DNA from: Ascoidea asiatica JCM 7603
Taxonomy: Eukaryota > Fungi > Ascomycota
Length of the DNA stretch: 64,000 nt
Direction: 5' to 3'
Assembly: GCA_001600695.1 (NCBI GenBank)
Contig: BCKQ01000009.1
Coordinates: 109,331 to 173,330 of the forward strand
The position numbers and the translations under genes were made by a program. The notes below the pieces were generated by a model. It did not search any database. It was not told the origin of the DNA and saw only the letters and a program-made list of their open reading frames with translations. Positions 58,941-64,000 of the stretch are shown here, piece by piece; positions within the stretch are counted from its first letter, which is position 1; each line of letters starts with the position of its first letter.

Positions 58941-61475
58941 ATGGAAGAATTAACTTCTGCAAATAACAATTTAATAAATATTCAAGATATTGAAAAAGTT
59001 AAAAATGAAGAATTTAAAATTTGGAAAAAAACTGTACCTTTACTTTATGATACAATTCAAACTCATGTACTTAATTATTCATCAAATTTTTTAAAATTTT
59101 TACCAATTTCAAATTCAAATGGTGGTATAAATTATTCAAATGATAAAAATTCAATATTTTCTCAATTTTTATTATCTGAAAATAATAATTTATCTTCTTC
59201 TTTAAATATTTATTCAATTCAATTACCTTCAACTTTATATTCAAAAAATGATATAAAAGATAATATTAAAGATAATATTCCAATACCAATTGGTCCTGCT
59301 TTAACTTCAAAATTAGAATTTAAAAGAAGTTTTCCATTACAAGATAATGTTAATCAAATTTCTTTACCTTTTCAAAAAAATCAAACTGATAAAAATTTAG
59401 TTTATTCATTTTTAAATAATGGTTCAATTCAATTAACTGATTTAAATTCAAAGTCAAATTCAATTTCTGATTGTAAATTTTTAAAATTTCATCAAACTCA
59501 AGGTCATTCTTTAGATTCTTTTGAAAATATACTTTTATCTGCTGATAATAATGGTCAAATTGCAAAATGGATTGATGGTAATTTATCTTCTACTTTTACT
59601 TTAAGTCAAAATGATTTTATTAATTCTAATTATTCAACAAGTATAAATTCAATATCTCAAAATTATAATTTACCTTCAATTTTTGCAACTGGTTCAAATG
59701 ATAAATTATTAAATTTATTTGATTCAAGAGATAATAAAAATTCTCCATTTTTTACATCTTCTGCTTTAAATCCAATTCATACTGATAAAATTAATTCTGT
59801 AAAATTTCATCCATATATTAAAACTTTATTATTAACTGCTTCTTCTGATAATACTATAAATATTTTTGATTTAAGAAATTTATCATGTCCATTTAGAACT
59901 TTATTTGGTTCTTCAGCTCCAGTTTCAAATTTAAAATTTTCAACTTTAAATCCACATTTATTATCTTCTCATACTTTAGATAATAAAATTTATATTTGGG
60001 ATTTAAATAATATTAATGATGGTATCTATTCAAAAGAAATGTATTTACAAGAAAAAGAAAAATTCGAAAATATTAATTCAAATAATGAATCTTATACTTA
60101 TGATCCATGTTTAAAATTTATTCATTCTGGTCATTTAAATAATTTATATGATCATGATTGGAATCCATATTTAAATAATATTATTGGTTCAGTATCTGAT
60201 GATAAATTATTAGAATTTTGGAAACCAATTTTACATTTAAATTATGAAGATAGATATGATAATTTTTCTTCTGATGAACAACAATCTGAAAATCTTGTTC
60301 ATGATGATACAAATATCGATGAAATAAATATCGATGATACAAACATTGATGATACAAACATGGATGAAATCGATGATGATGACGACGTTGATGATAATAA
60401 TGAAAATGATAATATTAATAATAATATCGAAGATGATGAGGAAGAACAAGATGAAGAAGAACAAGAAGATAATAATAATGATATTCATCAAAATAATTTA
60501 AGAAATAAAAACATTGAAGATCAATTCTCATCAGAGTTAAAAGCAGCTGTAACAAAAATCATTAATCATCAAAATTCTCTGCCTCAAAATTTTTCTGAAA
60601 ACACTTCTGAAAATACTTCCGAAAGTACATCCGAAAACACATCCGAAAATAATTTAGAAAATCTACCTGTACCTATACCTCCTGAACATCTAGTTGAAGG
60701 AATGTTTAAAAATGAACCTGAATCTTCGGGTAATGAATTAAATGAAGTTTTGACTAAAGTCAAGGAAGACAAACTGAAAAAACAAGAAAATGATATAAAT
60801 GATCAAAAAGATTCAATATCTGAAACTGTATATCGACTCGTACTTCGAAATGATGAAAGTGCAGAATCTTTTATGAGAGGAGAATTGTTGAAACCTGAAG
60901 AAAATATTAATACAAAAGAAGTTGAAAGTGAAAATAGTTCCTCGGAAGTAAAAGAGATACAAGAAGACTCAAACGATGAGAATGAATTGGAAAATAAAAA
61001 TGAAATAAATAATAAACAGGTTAAAATTGAAATTCAATTAACGAAACCTAGTCAGATTGAAAATGAAGAGAAAAACGAAGTTGAAAATCAAAGTATAAAT
61101 GAAAATGAAAATGATATACAAATACAGGAAGAAATTAGAAATCCATTAATTACTATTAATAGGCCAAGATTAGATAATTCAAAACTGCTGAAAATTGATA
61201 CACCACCAGAATCAAGCGGTGAAGAAATAAATTCTATTGATGATAATAATGGTAACATAAGCATTAACCAAAATGAGATTCAAATTGATATTAATAATGA
61301 TGATATTCTTCAAGATCCAGAAGAACCAATACTAACTGAGATTAATAATAATGAAAATAATAATAGTGAAAATAATAATAATGAAAATAATAGTGAAAAT
61401 ATTAATAGTGAAAATAATAGAGATGATGAATCAAAAAAAGAAATAACAGATAAAGATATAGATATGGAAAAATAA
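58941..61475 (+). CDS. RbAp48/Msi1/Hat2-family histone-binding WD40 protein with long acidic C-terminal tail
   Basis: NEEFKIWKKTVPLLYD N-terminal helix; WD repeats (ATGSND, TASSDNTINIFDLRN); LKFIHSGH, DHDWNP, SVSDD..LEFWKP; ~410 aa D/E/N-rich tail. Confidence 0.82.
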   Translation: MEELTSANNNLINIQDIEKVKNEEFKIWKKTVPLLYDTIQTHVLNYSSNFLKFLPISNSNGGINYSNDKNSIFSQFLLSENNNLSSSLNIYSIQLPSTLYSKNDIKDNIKDNIPIPIGPALTSKLEFKRSFPLQDNVNQISLPFQKNQTDKNLVYSFLNNGSIQLTDLNSKSNSISDCKFLKFHQTQGHSLDSFENILLSADNNGQIAKWIDGNLSSTFTLSQNDFINSNYSTSINSISQNYNLPSIFATGSNDKLLNLFDSRDNKNSPFFTSSALNPIHTDKINSVKFHPYIKTLLLTASSDNTINIFDLRNLSCPFRTLFGSSAPVSNLKFSTLNPHLLSSHTLDNKIYIWDLNNINDGIYSKEMYLQEKEKFENINSNNESYTYDPCLKFIHSGHLNNLYDHDWNPYLNNIIGSVSDDKLLEFWKPILHLNYEDRYDNFSSDEQQSENLVHDDTNIDEINIDDTNIDDTNMDEIDDDDDVDDNNENDNINNNIEDDEEEQDEEEQEDNNNDIHQNNLRNKNIEDQFSSELKAAVTKIINHQNSLPQNFSENTSENTSESTSENTSENNLENLPVPIPPEHLVEGMFKNEPESSGNELNEVLTKVKEDKLKKQENDINDQKDSISETVYRLVLRNDESAESFMRGELLKPEENINTKEVESENSSSEVKEIQEDSNDENELENKNEINNKQVKIEIQLTKPSQIENEEKNEVENQSINENENDIQIQEEIRNPLITINRPRLDNSKLLKIDTPPESSGEEINSIDDNNGNISINQNEIQIDINNDDILQDPEEPILTEINNNENNNSENNNNENNSENINSENNRDDESKKEITDKDIDMEK

Positions 61476-61605
61476 ACTAATTATAATTTTAGGTAAATAT
61501 TAGATCAATATTTGCCATAATTAATTATTGTGTACTTATATATGTATAAATTTTGAATAAATGATAATGAAAAATTCAAAAAATAAAGTAAATTTCTTAA
61601 AATAA

Positions 61606-62956
61606 TTACCATCTATGAGTTTCATCACCTTCCTTCCATTGTCGTTCTTCATAACCCAAGATTTTTTTAACTTCTTTAACAAGAATTGGATTACCCATAT
61701 TTTTACCAATATTATCACTAATTTTAATTGCATCTTTATCATTAACTTTTTTTAATTTTATTACAATATTTAATGGATTTGTTTTAATATTTTTATTTGA
61801 TTTTTTTTTAAAATCATTTGTAAAATTTGTACCAATACCAAAAGTTGCATTCAAACCAAATTCTTTTGCTTTTTTATTAAATTTTATACATTTTTCAATA
61901 TTTAAAGCATCAGAATAACAAATAATTTTAGAAAATTTTGGTAAATTTCTAAAATTTAAATAAAATTTACTAATTTTTTCAGTATATAATAATGGATCAC
62001 CAGAATCTTGTCTAACACCCATATAATTTGAAATATATGGTTCTTTAAAATTATTCAAAAATGAATCAGTACCAAAAGTATCAGTTAAAGCTAAACCAGC
62101 ATTTTTTAAACCAACAGTATCACACCAATATTTCATTGATAAATAATTTGCATTTTTATAATCACCAGTAATTGAAGCTATAGCCATAATCCATTCATGA
62201 GCAACAGTACCAATTGGTTTTAAATTATATTTTTTAGCTAAAAAAACATTACTTGTACCAATTAAAAGATTTTTTTTATCTTTTGGAACATTTTTATCAT
62301 CATCAAAAAAATTCACAATTGTTTTAATAACTAAATCTTGAGCTTTAAAAGATCTTCTTCTTCTTGTACCAAATTCAGAAAAAAAACATTCATTTTCAAA
62401 TAATTTCTTACATTTATATTCTGCCAATTCAATTTGATTATCATAATCCCAATCAATATCAACATATTTGAAATAACATTCAGAAAATATTGATAAAAGT
62501 GGAATTTCATATAAAATTGTTTCTTGCCAAAGACCTTTGATTTGTAAATTTAAATCTTTTGTTTCATTATTAAAATCTAAAATAATTTGATTTTTTGGAT
62601 CAAGTTTAAATTCTTTAATATAATCAAAATATTCTTTTGGTAAATAAGGTAATTGATCTTTTAAATAATTAATTTCATCATTTGTGAAAACTAAATTTTC
62701 TAAAGTACTTATTTGATATTTTAATTCTTCAAATGCTTCAAGATTGAATTTCATTGAAGGAGTACGATTTGTGAATTGATAAACAACATCTTAATTATTC
62801 AAATCCTTGTTAGTAAAAGACTACTCAATCGTTTCAATTGAAATAAAAATCATACTTACAAGTAGTTGGAAAGTTCTTATGAACTGCAGCTTGCATTGTC
62901 AATTTATAAAGATCTGTATCCAACAAAGATCTAATAAATGGTTGCTTGTCACTCAT
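61606..62956 (-). CDS. NPT1: Nicotinate phosphoribosyltransferase; exon1 62956-62860, intron 62859-62790, exon2 62789-61606; 426 aa
   Basis: Exon1 MSDKQPFIRSLLDTDLYKLTMQAAV; GTAAGT donor, TACTAAC 62815-62809, AAG acceptor in phase; EFGTRRR, GTSN, GTVAHEW, LTDTFG, GVRQDSGDP, KISD. Confidence 0.95.
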
Positions 62957-63187
62957 TTTGGTCTAGTATATGAAAATTACTTAAGAATAACTTGAAAATA
63001 CAATAGGGACTCGATACAAATTGAAAATATATGCTGTATATACTATATTGTCTAATCTCGTATAAAAACAATTGCTTCTTTTACATTCAACAGGAACAAG
63101 ATAAAAAAAAAGAAGGTCCAGAGATGTTTATTTTATTACTGCTCATTGAATTTATTTTTTATCGCTGCTTGAAATGAGATCTGGTTA

Positions 63188-63290
63188 AGCCACATACGCA
63201 GCCACAAACGCCTTCCCGCGGGAATTTCCACTCTGATGAGTTCCAAGCCGCGGGATGCCTTTTTGTGACCGAATCAAGAAATTTTTCACT
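63188..63290. promoter_or_regulatory. NPT1 upstream island with CCGCGG palindromes and RRPE-like element
   Basis: TTCCCGCGGGAA 63213-63224; CCGCGG 63248-63253; AAATTTTTCA near 63279. Confidence 0.45.
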
Positions 63291-63356
63291 TTGAAACTTT
63301 TTTTTATTTTTTTGATTTGATTTATTTTATTCTGTTTATTAAAAGGTTTGTTTGAT

Positions 63357-64000
63357 TTAAATTAGATTGACAACTTTGTCAAACAAAGAGCCCAAGGGAA
63401 AGTCATTGAATTCAAATTCCTCCTTGATGACCTTGTCAAAGGTGTGTGAGTTGATGTTTTTACCAAACCAAAAGCTTTCTCTATCATCAATTGAACTTGA
63501 AGTTATATCCTTTTTATAATTCTTATTATTATTCTGTAAAGTTTCATTTATAACCAAACCACCTGCAGAACTCTTAAGAGCTTGTTTTATTAATAATCCA
63601 AATGAATCTTGTTTCTTTTTACTGATTCCTTTAATTGAGCTTGTTAATGTCTGTTTTTCTTCAGCGATTTTATAAATATTATAATCAATATCAATAAATA
63701 AAAATTCTTCAGTATTTTTATTGAAAAATAAAGAACTTATATAATTTTTGTGAATTTTAACAGAAACTTCTAAGATTTGATTATTATTGTTATTGATTTT
63801 AATTGTGAAAATCTTTGAAGTTAATTCAAAAGTTTCTGGATTTTTAAAATTTATTGCAAATATAATTATATTTTTATTTTCATTTATATCTAATAAATTA
63901 CTACCATTTTTATTAATAAAATTATTTAAATTAAATTGCCATTCTATTTTAAATTCAAGTAAATTAAATCCAATTAACTTATTTTTAGATAAAATTATTA
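63357..64000 (-). CDS. NAN1: Partial CDS (C-terminus), probably the U3 snoRNP/t-UTP subunit Nan1/Utp17
   Basis: Frame open from the window edge (IILSKNKLIGFNLLEFKIEWQF...) to the stop at 63357. C-terminus ININSHTFDKV...LGSLFDKVVNLI resembles the Utp17/WDR75 tail as I recall it. Confidence 0.62.
   Translation of the reverse strand, partial: IILSKNKLIGFNLLEFKIEWQFNLNNFINKNGSNLLDINENKNIIIFAINFKNPETFELTSKIFTIKINNNNNQILEVSVKIHKNYISSLFFNKNTEEFLFIDIDYNIYKIAEEKQTLTSSIKGISKKKQDSFGLLIKQALKSSAGGLVINETLQNNNKNYKKDITSSSIDDRESFWFGKNINSHTFDKVIKEEFEFNDFPLGSLFDKVVNLI

Noticed and set aside
1741-60772. Many short I/M/K-rich ORFs overlapping large genes (e.g. 1741-1932, 5168-5353, 7794-7979, 45448-45657, 60237-60491)
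   Set aside because: They are shadow or antisense frames of AAT/GAT codon repeats.
19037-62956. Possible NAD-salvage cluster (YHR202W-like nucleotidase plus NPT1)
   Set aside because: The genes are about 40 kb apart with many unrelated genes between them.
63233-63280. CTGATGAG resembling a hammerhead ribozyme core
   Set aside because: No stem II followed by GAAA in the right geometry; better read as a PAC-like GATGAG promoter element.
1-64000. tRNA, rRNA, CRISPR, LTR or transposase
   Set aside because: No cloverleaf with A/B boxes, no repeat-spacer array, no long direct or terminal inverted repeats and no RT/integrase/transposase motifs were seen by eye.

Overview
Very AT-rich eukaryotic DNA from a budding yeast (Saccharomycotina). 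Features include poly-Asn-rich proteins, short GTATGT/GTAAGT...CTAAC...AG introns and GC-rich promoter islands. An Ascoidea-like lineage is my guess, not something the sequence proves. The window holds about 21 protein-coding genes (two truncated by the window edges) plus one disrupted ORF. In order: a partial orphan CDS, two tandem paralogous Zn2Cys6 TFs (HAL9/MRR1-like), spliced ATG44/mitofissin, SWD2, UGA2, YHM2, a YHR202W-like 5'-nucleotidase, IML1, PMC1, a three-exon SPO12, a ~1.9 kb TAA-interrupted intron-containing ORF, an orphan, a CreC/WDR20-like protein, spliced RPC17, PXA2, RIM21/PalH, DHR2, SLY1, a divergent MSS116-like helicase, an MSI1/RbAp48-like protein with a long acidic tail, spliced NPT1 and the 3' end of NAN1/UTP17. 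I saw no tRNA, rRNA, CRISPR array or recognisable transposon. The most notable items are the TAA-interrupted ORF, a C-terminally extended mitofissin with three competing 3' splice sites, frequent AAG acceptors, and a SWI5/CLB2-type Mcm1-Fkh composite plus MSE upstream of SPO12. All gene identities come from recalled motifs, not database searches.
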